DNA of 64,000 nt from Felis catus (Eukaryota), in contig NC_058368.1 of NCBI RefSeq assembly GCF_018350175.1, forward strand, positions 41,852,001 through 41,916,000, read 5' to 3'. The notes below the pieces were generated by a model. It saw nothing but the letters and a program-made list of their open reading frames with translations. It did no database searches and was not told the DNA's origin. Positions 1-13,686 of the stretch are shown in pieces. Positions within the stretch are counted from its first letter, which is position 1, and each line of letters opens with the position of its first letter. The position numbers and the translations under genes were made by a program.

Positions 1-1213
1 GAAGAGGGCACAGCTGGTAAACTTGACATTGAACTTGGGGATAGCTTTTTGGATCCCACCCCAAAGGTAATGGCAATAAAAGCAAAAATAAACAAATGGG
101 ACTATATCAACCTTCTGCACAGTGAAGGAAAACATCAACAAAATAAAAAGGCAACATACTGAATGAAAGAAGATATTTGCAAATCATGTATCCAACAAGA
201 AGTTAATACACAAAATACATAAAGAATTGTTACAACTTTGGGAAACCAAAAGAAATCTTAGGTAGCTATACTTATATCAGATGAAATAGACCTTAAAACA
301 AAGACTGTAATAAAAGACAAAGACAACACAACAAAAATCCAATTAAAAATAGGCAGAGGACTTGAATAGATGTTTTGCCAGATAAGACATACAGATGGCC
401 AACAAGCACATGCATAGATGCTCAAAGTCCCTAAGCATTAGGGAAATACAAATCAAAACCACAAGGAGATATCATTTTACACCTATCAGAATGGCTATTA
501 TCAACCTTTTTCAGATTTGGCAATGATGTGGAGAAAAGGGAACCCTCCTGAACTGTTAGTGGGAATATGAATGGGTGCAGCCACAATGGAAGACAGAGAT
601 TCCTCAAAAACCTAAAAACAGGCATACTATATGATATAGCAATTCCACTTCTAAGTAGTATCTGAAGAAAACAACAACACTAATTTGAAAAGATATATGC
701 AACCCTAATTCACTGCAGCATTATTAGCCTAGCCAAGGTATAGAAACAAAGTTTATGTAGACTACAACTCAGGCATAAAAAATAATGAAATGTTGCCATT
801 TGCAGCAATGTGAATGGAAGTAGAGAGTATTATGCTAAGTGAGATAATTCAGACAAAGAAAGAACCATATGATTTCACTTATATATGGAATCTAAAACAC
901 ACAACAATACAAAATTCATAACTGCAGAGAACAAATTGGTGGTTGTCAGAGGCAAGACGGGTGGGGAGAAATGGAAGAAGGGGGTTAAGAGGCACAAACT
1001 TTCAGTTTTAAAATAAATAAGTCATGGGAATATAATGTATAGTATGGTGACTATAGTCAATATTATATTACATATTATTTAACTTTATATGGTGATGACA
1101 GAAACTAGACTTCTTGTAATTATCAATTCACAATGTATACAAATATTAAATCACTATATTGTAAACCTGAAACTGACATAATGTTATATGTCAATTACAC
1201 CTCAATAAAAAAA
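1..1213 (+). mobile_element. L1 3' portion (ORF2 C-terminal region + 3'UTR), old L1MA/carnivore-type, running off the left edge
   Basis: ORF2-type motifs (aacaaatgggactatatcaa, gcaattccacttct, gtattatgctaagtga). 3' terminus acctgaaactgacataatgttatatgtcaattacacctcaataaaaaa. Multiple frameshifts. Confidence 0.92.
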
Positions 1214-4200
1214 TTGTTAAAAATATTACTGATGAGTATACTGTTACAAGGGACTGTTTCAAACTTTTCATAGTGTTAACCCATATTGTTCCTAAGAATT
1301 AATCTTACTGACATAAACTTACAGATAAAAGGTATTTATAAAAATGTCAAGAAAAGGCAAATCAGCACTTGGGAATTAAAAAAAGGAAAAGAAGACAGCT
1401 AGAGATTATGATATCAAAAAAGCACTATGGATTTGTAAGTTTATTCCAATGTTTTCCTACTCAGATAAAAATAGTGTTATTGGAATTTCTGAAGGATGGG
1501 TGGAAAAAGAGAACCCAAAATAAGGTTTACCAGAAGAAACTAGAATTATCAAAAGTTCTTATAAAGACTTATAAGGAATATTAACATATCCATGCTACAT
1601 CTGAAAAGAATGTTGCTAATTTTCTGTTCCATAGGAGAAAGCACTTTTTATACTTAAGATGAAGCAGGTGAATGCAAATTTCCTTTTGATTCCCTTAGGC
1701 AATGACTAAAAGATCAGGAAATAATATGTTTGTACTAAATGAAAGGATGTTTATGTTGACTATCATATTTAGAAATATTAAAATCATAGAATCTGCTAAA
1801 GGTAGGACCCTTTTCATCTAGTGAAAAGTGAAATTGTGGGCTCTGAAAAATGCAAATCCATATTTTTATTCTGACATTCTGGCATACAATTATTTTTTAA
1901 ATAAATAAACACATAAAAATGCATTTATAAATGAATGACATATTCTGCAAATAAATAGGTAGGGATAAACAAAAGATTCCCTAAAATGTAACTAGGGATT
2001 TGGGCTCTAAAATTACAAAGTTAACATTTTCTTTCTAGCTTGCTGATAAGATTTGTCTGTAAGCATTTTTTTCTTCACTCTAATAGCAAAATTTTTCAAC
2101 AAACATAGGAATACAAACTTTATATTCATCATCTATTTACAATCATAAATATTTAATGAAATCTATGAGGTGCTGCTTTTCTAGCTCTATAAAAATTGTT
2201 GAAAAGGCTAAAATACAGTTTTTAAGTTGCAAAATAGATTTCCTTTATCAATTAAGCCTTTATTTTGCGATATCTGCAACACAACTCTGCTTGAACATGT
2301 GTAGTCAGAGTTAACATAGCTAATAGCCTGGGAGATTTGAGTCTAATATTAGGCTTATAAATTGCACTGTGTTCATAATAAACTGTTAATGCTTAAGAAA
2401 CATAACTGGGAATAATTACCACATATTATGAGTCTATGTCAGAGGAATCTGCCCATACTAATGCAGCTTTTCCCAAGAAATTTACTTGTGACTTTTTTCT
2501 TTCTATAAAAAAAATCATTTCACATTCCTTTCTACTTAATGTTTTAATATTCTGTGCTCAATTAAATCTCTATGAGGTAATCAGAACTCAGTTCCTTTTT
2601 ATCAGTTTGTCACTTATTGTAGTTCTTTAAAAATGCCAGGTACTTAAAGGTTACAGAACTTAATAAAATCAAAACAGAAAGTATGGTTATCTGGGACAAA
2701 GATAATCTGTTATTAGAATTGCTTGAAAAAATAGTAACAAATAAAGTGAATAAAAGTCGTCTTACAATTTTTAAACCTGAGTATCTAACAAATTCAGTTT
2801 AATGTTGCAAGGACAAAGTAAAACATGATTAGATCTTGATCTTTCATGTTCTACAAATCACTAATCAATTTTCAAGTACTGAAAAAATACCACGTAGTGT
2901 GACATTGTATCTGAGTAGTTTCTATTATGTTAGAGAGCAACAACATTCTACCTCTTTCTCATTATATGAACTTCACCTTAGTCATCTATGCCTTAATCAT
3001 TTAGTTATCACACTGTAATTAAGTCCTGATGTTTGGCTGAATTGGTTCCTGTTTTTTCCTCATTAGCCAGTAAAAAAGATAAAAAGCTAGTGAGAAATTT
3101 AGTTATTGACTCTTGAAAAAGGAATTTCTCAGACCAAAATAGACACAAATTCAAGTCCAAGAAAGTGGTGGATTTGAGATGTGAAAATCTATGTCGTGTA
3201 GTATTTATGGATGACCTAATGCCAGAAATTCACATAGCTTTGTGAAAAGCAGCCATAGAAGTATATTTTTGATGGTTCAGACCCACAGAACTCCAATTAC
3301 ATCCCCAGAGACAGAGCCGTACATTGTGTGTAGTGAATGTGTATGCACGGTCCACGTGTAGGTGTGAGATAAACTGAGTGAAAGCTGCATTTCACATCGT
3401 AAGGGTCAGGCCCTAATTGGAGTCCTGTGTTAGTTCTTTTCACTACAGAGCAAAAAGACATTGCAACACTTTAAAGAAAAGATTCCCCAGAATTGTAGCT
3501 AGGTTAATCCTAGGATTAAAGAGACTGAGTTATGAGGACAGGTTAAAAATCTTAGTGTGAAAAGAAAGTCTTTCAAATTGCATGTACCGACCTATCTTGG
3601 AGGTATGTATAAGAGCACATGCAGTTTTGATAATACTACATCAAAGAAACTGGGACAGGATTTAATTGTGGGCTAACAAAGGTAAATTAGACCATATGTC
3701 AAAAGTACCACATTAACGAAAGGAAAATACTTAGAAATACAGCCGAAAGGAACATCTATTGCTTTATAACACAAAGAACTAAGACATTTGCTGCTTACTG
3801 TTTTTGACTTTCAAATAATTTTTTCAGCCAAGTTAGTAGATTTGTTTCAAGGAAATTAATTAAGTTATACTGCAAGACCTTCTTTGAAACATGAAATAAT
3901 TCTAGCTGAAAAAATATCTATCATGGAAATTTATCAGCCACATTTTGGTGCTTTTGGACCTTTTAGCTGTCCAATTCTTAGTTTCAATCAACCTTTCAGC
4001 CCCTAGTAGAGGTGATAAGCCTTTGATATAAAGAAATTTAATAGTCCAGACAGTCCTCTTAATGCAGCTCAGCAAGAGACAAAGGGATAAAATAATCTGC
4101 TCCTCCTAGTGAGCTTATACAGTCTTCTATGAAAAACTGACTGGAACTGAGAAAGGAAAAAAAAAATCAATATTTTAAGGTACTTTAATAAGAAACACCC

Positions 4201-5224
4201 AATTAGCCACTAGTATTTAAACATGTAACCAGGGAAAGGCCTTCAGAATGTTTCAGACAAACAGGAAAATTAACAAGAGTAAAATTTAATATTATTTCAT
4301 GCTTAAATATGCCATCTAACATCAAGGTATAACTTCAAAGTGATTATTTATTCTTCCTTTTATTTCTCACTATTATGTCTTCCTGTCTGCCTTCTTCCCT
4401 CCTATTTCTTCTACTGTATTCGGTTTAGAATGCAGATTTTTTTTGTTGAAAGAAAACAATGATCTGGACTTGGTATTTTTTCTGCTTTGGGACTACAGGG
4501 CCTGTCACCTGAACTTTATCATCTTCCACTGTATTATGGGTATAATAGTGTCGTTAATACTGCCCTGAGCACCTCACATCAGTGTTAAGAAAATCCTATC
4601 TTACAAATATAGTGTAAAGTTAAAGAAAACTTTAATTAATAAAAAAAAATACCAATATCTGTTTGGCAGGTTTTCAAAATGAGTGAAATAATCAAAATGT
4701 ATTTAAATTTATGAATAATACCTTTCTAGAATTTTATCAGACTTCTCTACCCCAATTTCACTTGAGTGTAGGCATATTATAATATTGCTTGAACAAATAT
4801 GAGTACCCTGACTCCATACATGATTCTTTTTAAGGGTTAGAAAAAGTTTTCCTACATGTACTAATTATATTAATTGTACATAAGCAATTATTTGTGACTT
4901 CTAAAACATGGAACAGTTGAATATTCCATCACCTTGATGAGTCTTACCTTCTCTACACAATAGACAGGAATATTGTTTTGAAAATTGCCGTCATAAAATA
5001 TAAAGAAGGCAGTAGAAGTTTAGACTTTAGTACTTCCAATCGTTCCCTTCAAAGGAGTTCATTATTTTCAAAGAATAAAGAAACAATGAAAAATATAGAA
5101 AACCGAATCTGATCCAAGAAAATGTCAGTAGTCATCAGTTGATTTTATTCATAATATTTCAAATTGTACAAAATCTAGATAGTGTGCAAGTAGTTAATAG
5201 CACCATAAACTAATTGTTGTTTTG

Positions 5225-5257
5225 CAACAATTTAACAAAACATAGTTAATGAACACC

Positions 5258-5303
<46 letters not shown>

Positions 5304-5380
5304 TCTTATACAATATGCTATAAGATTCAGACATCACTACCAAGGAGTCCCTGCCTCCAAGAAACTTTCATTCCTACAAA
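5225..5380 (-). mobile_element. L2 3'-end fragment interrupted by (TA)n
   Basis: caacaatttaacaaaacatagttaatgaacacctat ... gtccctgcctccaagaaactttcattc resembles the antisense L2 tail. Confidence 0.5.
5261..5301. repeat. (TA)n microsatellite
   Basis: About 20 perfect TA units. Confidence 0.98.
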
Positions 5381-6041
5381 CATGAGAACACAAGTAACTA
5401 ACGACAATGAATGACAGGATATTTTCCAGAGAATTCTGACTAACAGGCAATGATGAGTCAGAGAAGGGAAAGCACTTTCCTGTTGGCTGGAAGACTCTGC
5501 AGACGCTTTGAAAGAAGATTGAACATTTACAAGGAGGAAGGAAGATCCATCACATTTCAATTGGAAGATACTGGAGAGCGGTAGAGAGGGAGAATAAGCA
5601 TGCTTTTGGACGTACAAGAGCATGCTTGAACACTGCTGTTGGCCCGAGTGTATTCAGAGTTGTGACATTACTAATGTCAAATTGTAATCAATATTTTATG
5701 TAATTTTTATGCCAAAATTTCTGATAGTTTAGGAAATTAATGGCTATTAAAATTCACTCAAAAAACTGTATTTCTAAACCCAGGTCTATTCTACACAAAA
5801 TGAGGGAAGAAAATACTTTTACAGAATAAAATTTAGGAAATGTATAAACCTAATTTACACAACTGTCTATTCTTCATATTTCACAGAATTCTCTCTATTT
5901 TGCCAGATGTGTTTTGATATAGTTTACTTAATCTGGCTTTGGAAAATAGTAAATAGGATCTATTCTTTCAAGTTATAATGTCCCAAGCATGAGCTATGGT
6001 GACATTTTAATATAAACCTGAGCATAAGAATAACTTTGATT

Positions 6042-6258
6042 GGGGCACCTGAGTGGCTCAGTCGGTTGAGCATCTGATTCCAGCTCAGGTCACGATCACA
6101 CAGTTTGTGAGTTCAAGCCCCGCATCGGGCTCTGTGCTGACAGCTCAGAGCCTGGAACCTGTTTCAGATCCTGTGTCTCCCTCTCTCTCTGCCTCTCCCC
6201 TGCTCTCACTCGATCTCTCTCTCTCTCTCAAAAATAAACATTAAAAATTTTTAATAAA
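6042..6258 (+). mobile_element. Can-SINE (SINEC_Fc2-like)
   Basis: ggggcacctgagtggctcagtcggttgag head, (CT)n, AATAAA tail. TSD aataactttgatt at 6029-6041 and 6259-6271. Confidence 0.97.
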
Positions 6259-6434
6259 AATAACTTTGATTAATTTCAACATACCTTTATCTACTAAACT
6301 ATTATTTACTTAATATTTGCAAAGTTATTGTTAATTAGTTTAACAAAACTTTAAAGTAATATTTATATAAAATAATGCTAGCAATTGTTTGTATTCAGTG
6401 CATTTTGTATTCAATATTCATGCACATTCAGAAA

Positions 6435-6545
6435 ACTGTTTACAAATGAGGAATCTAAGGTTTAGAAAGATCACATCAATTCCCAGAAGTCACAAAGCTA
6501 GCAAGTGAGACATGCAAGACTAAAAATCAAGCATTTTTGTAACTA
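6435..6545 (-). mobile_element. MIR fragment
   Basis: tttacaaatgaggaatctaaggtttagaaag...gtcacaaagctagcaagtg is the antisense MIR core. Confidence 0.7.
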
Positions 6546-6582
6546 GGTATCTAGAAAGTGCTCTATTAAAAATGAATGCATA

Positions 6583-6800
6583 GGAGCACCTGGGTGGCTC
6601 AGTCAGTTAAGCATCTGACTTCAGCTCAGGTCATGATCTCACAGTTGGTGGGTTTGAGCCCCACACTGGGCTCTGTGCTGACAGCTCAGAGCCTGGAACC
6701 TGTTTCAGATTCTCTGTCTCCCTCTCTCTCTGCCCCTCCCCTGCTGGCAATCTGTCTCTCAAAAATAAATAAACGTTAAAAAATGTTTTAAAAAGAAAAA
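6583..6800 (+). mobile_element. Can-SINE (SINEC_Fc2-like)
   Basis: ggagcacctgggtggctcagtcagttaagc head, CT tract, aaaataaataaac tail. Degenerate TSD (aaaaatgaatgca / aaaaacgaataca). Confidence 0.96.
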
Positions 6801-7439
6801 AACGAATACACAAAAATCCAAAGTACACTATCAACAAGTGAAAAATTCATCTAGAGTTATAAATTGGAGATCGTATGATATTCTCTTTTCACTAGACCAT
6901 TTAGGAACTTATAATAAATTTACATACTATTAGAGTCCAAAGTTAATAATGACAATTACTATCTTTTGCAATAATTTTGATAATGTTGACAAGATTTCCT
7001 TCAGTGTTTCTGTTTGGTTGTTTGTTTTTAAGCTTGAGCAAAGGTCTCACCTGTCATGGGGCCTCTAATTCTCAAATATTCTTTTGAGGCTTGATGACCC
7101 TTATGTCTTCAATAATCCTCTGGAAGACATGAACATATCACTTTAATGGATAACAACTCCATCTGCTAATATCCAAGAGAAAATATCTTGATATTGTAGC
7201 TGACAGGAAGAATGCAAAATTGCCGCATGTAGGTTGCACAGGGAGAAAATGATGCTTTCTGAGGAGGGGGAAAGGGCTTTTTCATTATTCTAATAATGTG
7301 GCCCATAACTGGTTTTTGTTATTGCTATTAAATTATATTATTTAAAATGCATTCTATATTATGTTTGATAGGTCCAAAGCATAGCTTATTAGCCACCTAC
7401 CTCAAGCAAACTATATTTGGCAGTTTTCCATTCTGCCAA

Positions 7440-7518
7440 TATTTTACCATTTTCCCAACAGGCAAACTCAAAATTTTGGATGGATTTCTTACTGTTCCCT
7501 CTTCATCACCCACATTTG

Positions 7519-7576
<58 letters not shown>

Positions 7577-7810
7577 CCTGGAGATCCTATCTTCAGAGTG
7601 TTCTAGGCCTTGTCTGAACTGCTACGTCCTCACCGCTACTTTTCTGGTCTATGACCTCATTGCTGTATGCTCAGATTACTACAATAGGCTCCTAGTCACT
7701 AGTCTTTCAGTCTGCTCAAATTACTACTTTCATGATGCCACTCTCCTAAGAGCTCTCAATGACTTTTTCAAAGCTTCTTTGGTCAGGTGCAGACTCACAT
7801 CTGTGGCCTC
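7440..7810 (+). mobile_element. L2 fragment interrupted by (TA)n
   Basis: gattactacaataggctcctagtcactagtcttt resembles the conserved L2 motif ttactgcaatagcctcctaactggtct. Confidence 0.6.
7521..7574. repeat. (AT)n microsatellite
   Basis: 27 perfect AT units. Confidence 0.98.
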
Positions 7811-7967
7811 TGAGAAGCGCCATAGATTTCACTTTACCTATACAACCAAATATAGAACTTTAACTAAATATATACTGTTTCAGACAGGATATTGCCCTTT
7901 TACAACTACTCGCTAGGTATCCTTTCTTACATGACTTTGACCAAGTCAATTTTTTCACGTAAAATAT

Positions 7968-8060
7968 ATCCATCCATCCATCCACCATCTATCCATCCAT
8001 CCATCCATCCATCCATCCATCCCATCCCATCCATCTGCCCATCTATCTGTCTGTCCGTCC
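7968..8060. repeat. (CCAT)n imperfect tetranucleotide repeat at an antisense L2 tail
   Basis: catccatccatcc array grading into tcta/tctg, followed by L2-like gtgctaaacactaga...tgtcctcagg. Confidence 0.9.
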
Positions 8061-10875
8061 AGTCAAACAGTCCACATTTTAGGAAGAGATCCCCACACCG
8101 TGCTAAACACTAGAAATGCAGACTAAACCACTGTTCTGTCCTCAGGATATCCCCAGTCAAGTTGGAAGACAGACATTACTTAATTACATGGCAGCATATA
8201 CTACAAATAAGGTGTGTTAGAAGAGAATTTGAAAGGACTTTTAACTCAGCTTGCAAGAATCAGGAAAAGAAGGTGAAACCTAAACTAAATCTTAAAATCT
8301 TCTCTCTTCTTATGTCTGCCCATATAAAATCCTGCCCTGAAAAAAAAAAAAAAATCTGACTCCACTATTTTCAATGAAAATCTCAAGTCTAACTTCCTAC
8401 ATAAAGCTGTCCTCAACAAAGTGAGCTGACCTAGAAAGCTACTCTTTTCACTGGCTGTCAAACACACTTTCAACATAGTAAGATCCTGTCATATTGTTCT
8501 CTAATATTTCCTTTTTGCAAGTCCCAGAACTATAATCTATCCCCAGGAAATCACTAGCTTCATCAAAGGCAGGCTGGTTCTCCTTCTTTGTTCCTCCAGT
8601 GCCTATTATAATGATGAATTACTTTTAAGTGTGCTAACATAAACACTCTTGAAGTTAATTAAATCAGCTCCTCTTCCCAGTAATCCTGCAGCCACTGCGG
8701 ACACCCATTGGGACATCTGTGGAAATGTCATTTTGGAGGCAACCAGTAGCCATGTTTCTCCTGTGGTACAAGGCCCAAGCTGGGCTGAATCAGATTTCTT
8801 TTGAGAATTTGAAATTAGGACATCAATGGATTCTACATTGGTCAAAGTTGGGTTTAATTCCTGAATTATTAAGAATAATAATATTTTTGAATTATTACTG
8901 ATTTGTACATATACCACATTAGTAATAATTCAGGATTAAAAATAAACAAAATAAATCTTTTCACCCCAACTCATCTCATTACCAATAATCAATCCCAAAA
9001 GCACACATGACAGTTTTTTAATTAGAGAAAACTATGATATTTGTCTCTGGAATAATAACTATGATATTTTTACAGCACAATCACTTTATTTTACATACAA
9101 ATGTATAGTCCTGGAACTAAAAACTTTACAAGACCTTCTTTTTTTGGCTTTTCTAATAAGGATATTTCATAATTATAGAATAAAGATAAAATATATCCTC
9201 TAATCTGGGGGAAAAAAGTCTCCAAACAAAGACTTGTTTCTTTAAAAGAATGCGTTTTCTTCCTAAAAATAATATGCAGTTTATGGGATAGTTTAACAAC
9301 AAAAAAACATTATTCTTACAGCTACATAAAAGTTTATATCTGAGCAAATAAAATATAATGAGGTACAATGTAGGAGAAAAAAATAGCAAACTTGAATTTC
9401 CTCACCATCAGATTTTTAATTAGCACTATAATATTTAAGAACATTCATAGATGCACTAAATATACAAATCACAGAACGGTAATAAAAAAGCTCATAAGGA
9501 TCTCTGTTCTCTGTCTATGCAAAACATAAATAACATTTGACCTCCCCAATGCTGTATGATGGACAAACGGAAGCAGTACCAATGCAGGAACTATTCCTTC
9601 CTTCCCATTCAATGGGAATGTATACTAAAGACATATGGGGGGCTGTGATCTTCTTATCCCTTAAAGATGCATTGCCTGAAGTCACAGAGGACTTGAAGAA
9701 AAGAGACCCAGACAAGGTCTTCTCTTGTAGAAGAAGGGGTGAAACATAAAGGTCAGGGGATTGCTGGTAAAGTTTTCTCTCTTCCTGGAAAACATGATCT
9801 TTGCATATCATTTTTTGGCAAAATCTAGGGAAAGTTAATTCTGAGATAGGAGTTTGTCCTCTGAGCTTATTAGTTGATCCTCTTGAATGTGTAATTGTAA
9901 AAATTACCAAGTTTCTATCTTAATATGAGGAAGTCCTGTTGAGGAACAATGAGAATTATTTTTTCCAATGAGATATTTTAGTATAGCAATTATTTGTGTT
10001 AATTTTCTCTGATATGTTTGTGTCTTTTAGAAATGTTTGCTGATTTTCTTTTCACATATTTCTGCAGTTATACAAAAAAGTCACGGTAAGATCATTACCT
10101 ACCCGATTCAATGAGGGGTTTAATGATTTAATTGCAAAATAAACTATTATACTTTTTTCTGTTTATATTTACTCATTTAAATTCTCTTAACCCCAGTCTA
10201 AGGTATTATTCTTTTGTTGACACTGATCAACAATTCCTTGCCTTCTCACTCATATATTTCCATATTTTAAAACCTAAAATGTTACATAAAATAGAATTGT
10301 TTTTTGCATAAATTCTTCTTCCCCCTCACATAAAAATGTTCACTTTTTTATACTAATAACATTTTCACAATAGTTTTTAGTATTTTTATAATAAACACAC
10401 AAAATTCTATTAAGAATATTCCTTGTTGTTCCCATACTGTGCCAGATAGCAAAGGAAAACTAGTATGCTTTAATCTTGGCCCAATATAAGGCACTTACTT
10501 ATTAGATTCCCAATAAATGTTTTTAGACTGAGAGTATTAAAAAAAAAGTGAATAAATTCTGGTTAATTCCAGTTGGGCAATTCTTCCAATTTGGAATTTT
10601 TCTATTTTAAATTGCTCAGTGTGACCATTCATATTTACCAGATATGTATTTTTAGAGCAACAGTGTGCATGTGATGCTGAAGGAGTTTCTCTTCACTTAT
10701 AATATTTAATTTCTTACATTGGTTCCCAAACTTGGAAAGTAATATTTTACCTTTTTAATTATTAGTATTAATCTTAAATGAAAATATCTAATCATTATGA
10801 TGCCTTATGTTAAATTTTCAAATGCTAAAAAAAAAAACAGGAAAGAAAACAAAGACTATTTTCAAGGGTATTTTA

Positions 10876-11102
10876 TAAATTGCTTTAATGTTTATTATTC
10901 ATTTTTGAGAGGGGGAGACAGAGAGAGAGACAGAGCACAAGTAAGGGAGTGGCAGAGAGAGAGGGGGAGACACAGCATCTGAAGCAGGCTCCAGGCTCTG
11001 AGCTGTCAGCTCAAAGCCCAATGCAGGGCTCGAACTCACTAACTATGAGATCATGACCTGGGTCAAAGTAGGGCACTTAACTGACTGAGCCAGCAGGCAC
11101 CT
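10876..11102 (-). mobile_element. Can-SINE (SINEC_Fc2-like)
   Basis: Antisense SINE body. TSD attttcaagg(g/t)tatttta at 10858-10875 and 11105-11122. Confidence 0.96.
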
Positions 11103-11129
11103 TAATTTTCAAGGTTATTTTAGTCTAAA

Positions 11130-11286
11130 GATAAGATACTCAGTTTGGAGCCCATGTAGCAATTGCAGAGTGGTTTACACAAGCTATGAAATTGTATGAA
11201 CAATATTGCATTTTTCTGTGTTGAGGGTCCATTGATTTTCAAATATCTCAAAGAGATCTCTTAACAAAGAGAGTTTAGAACTGCTG
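11130..11286. mobile_element. hAT-Charlie relic (MER103/MER102-like)
   Basis: gagggtccattgattttcaaatatctcaaagagatctc...agtttagaactgctg resembles the recalled MER103 end. Confidence 0.55.
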
Positions 11287-11744
11287 TTAGAAAATATTAT
11301 GAAAAGTTTATAATGAACACATTGTAATATATTTGAATAATCCAAAAACAAAAAATAAAATGTTTTCTATTTGATGGTTGAATATTTACAAAAAATAAAA
11401 ATTTAATAAAGTTATCCAGAAAATTCAAGCCAAAAATTAAGAAAACCCACATTCTAGTAATAAAGAATTGGATAAATATAGATTGGATAAATTGTCTCTA
11501 TTGAGTTTCTTCTTGGTTTGGTTTTACTGTATTAAAATCCGACTCTGAGTCTCAGTTCCCCTATGAAAAGACTGCAGTATCCCAATTCTTTCCCAGCTTG
11601 TTAAATTGTTAAAAATATGTTATAACCGATTCAGTTTAGAATATTTTATTTTTTTCTTCCAACCATCACAACCTAATTTCTTCTTGTATAGTTTAAATAA
11701 CAGTAAAATTGGAAGGAATCTTTCACTTTTTCTATGGAATTTTT

Positions 11745-13048
11745 ACAAATTTATTTATTTTTGACAAGAATGTATATATTTAAGGTATTCACCGTGATGT
11801 GTTGATTTGATTACATTGTGAAATATTTACCATAAGCTAATCAACATATCCATAACTTCTCAGAGTGATCTTTTGTGTATTTGTGGTGAGAACAGTTCAG
11901 ATCTTATCAAATTTCAACTATACATTATTATTAACGATAGTCACCATGCTTTACATTAGATCTCTGAAAGTTTGTAACATTTGATCATATCTTCCTTTTT
12001 TAGCCCCAAACTCCAGTAACCATCATTCTACTCTCTCTTACTAGGAATTTGAGCTATTTTTTAAAAATTATACATGTAAGTGAAATCATGTGATATTTGT
12101 CTTTGTGTATCTGACTTGTTTCATTTAGCACAATATATTCCAAGTTCATCCATGCTGTCATGAATGGCAGGATTTCCCTCTTTTTTAAGGCTGAATAATA
12201 TTCTATTATATATGTGTGAATGGATAAAGAAAATGTGATATACAGCAGTCATCTGTAGATGGATCCTTAGGCTGTTTCCATATCTTGGCCATTGTGAAAA
12301 ATGCTATAAATGAATATGGGAGTTGAAATATCTCTCAGGAATAGTGGATATATACCCAGAAATGGGATTGCTGGATTGTATCATAGTTCTATTTTTAATT
12401 TCTTGAGGAAGCCCCATACTGTTTTCTATAGTAGCTGTACTGTACCCCAGCAACAGTGCCCAGGGGTTCCTGTTTATCTGCCATCATATCAAAAACTGGT
12501 ATCTTCTGATTTTCTGATAACACCCATTTCTACAGGTGTGAGGTGTGATACCTCATTGTGGTTTTGATTCACATTTCCTTGATGATCATCAATGTTGGGC
12601 ACATTTTATATATCTATTGGTCATCTGTATATCTTCTTTGGAAAGATGTCTGTTTAGGTCTTTTGCCCATTTTTAATTGGATTATTTGGGGTTTTTCTGC
12701 AGTTCAGTTTTATGAGTTCTTTATACATTTTGGATATTAACCCTTTAACAGATGGTTTGTAAATATTTTCTAACATCCTCAGGGTTGCCTATTCATTTTG
12801 TCAATTGTATCCTTTGCCTGCAGAAGCTTTAGATTGCTGTAGTCCTGCTTATTTAACTTTGTTTTTGTTGCCTATGCGTTAAATGCCATTTCCAAACATA
12901 TTTTGCCTATGTTTCTTCTAGGAGTTTCATTGGTTTTGGGTCTTATGTGTAAGCCTTTTAATCCTTTTGGATTGATTTTTGTAGACAATGTAAGATAAAG
13001 TTCAATTTCATTCTTTTGCATGTGGTCGTCCAGTTTTCCCAACATCAC
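11745..13048 (-). mobile_element. L1 3' portion (L1MA8/9-like)
   Basis: Antisense 3'UTR (tagtcaccatgctttacattagatctc) and ORF2 C-terminal motifs (ggatatatacccagaaatgggattgctgga, tttcattcttttgcatgtgg...ttttcccaacatca). Confidence 0.93.
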
Positions 13049-13049
13049 T

Positions 13050-13490
13050 AAAGTTATGGAACATGTTAAGTACAGGGAAAACTATAAAGAATAATATAAC
13101 AGACACATATGTATTACCATCAGCCTTGCCAAATCTTATCATTTTGCTGTATTTGATTGGGATATTATTTAAAGGAGTTAAAGATAACAACTGAGTACCC
13201 CTTTATCACTCTATTTCTTCCCACATTTCCTAGAAGTAATCACTATTCTAAATTTAGTGAATGTTATGCCTTTCCATGTGTTTTATGTTTATTACATATT
13301 CTTAAACAAGAACAATTATTTTATATCGTTTTATAATTATATGGATGTTATCATACTATGCCAATGTTTCTTGAGTTTTCCTTCTCTAAAAAGTTTATTT
13401 TGATACTTATCCTCATTAATCCTCATTAATATGTAAGCCTTCAATATGTTCATTTTGAATGCTATATAGAATTTCATTAAATGCATCTGC
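13050..13490 (-). mobile_element. Ancient L1 (L1ME-like) 3' fragment
   Basis: ctagaagtaatcactattctaaatttagtg, gttatcatactatg and ttcattttgaatgctatatagaatttcatt are typical L1ME antisense motifs. Confidence 0.65.
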
Positions 13491-13686
13491 CAGCTGTTGA
13501 CAACCCAAATAACCCGTATTGCTTTTCGAATCCAAGTAGTTAGAAAGCATATCTAATTTTAAAATACAAGGTATATTTACATTTAAATACAATTAAGAAA
13601 GCTGTAAATACAAAGTTACTGCCTATTCAAAAAAGAAAAAAGCCTCTCTGATATATTTCTCTTTTTAGAGGGTATCACATTCATGC

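Noticed and set aside
6053..6244. Recurrent MAQSV..SAQVMIS..SLEP ORFs (also at 6576, 22864, 32151, 38911, 63653)
   Set aside because: Translations of Can-SINE bodies, not a gene family.
7347..7916. 189-aa ORF
   Set aside because: Runs through an L2 relic and (AT)n (IYIYIY); no recognisable domain.
9500..9940. Slightly GC-richer segment with a 131-aa ORF
   Set aside because: No recognisable protein or repeat motif; possibly an old LTR relic, but I cannot support a call.
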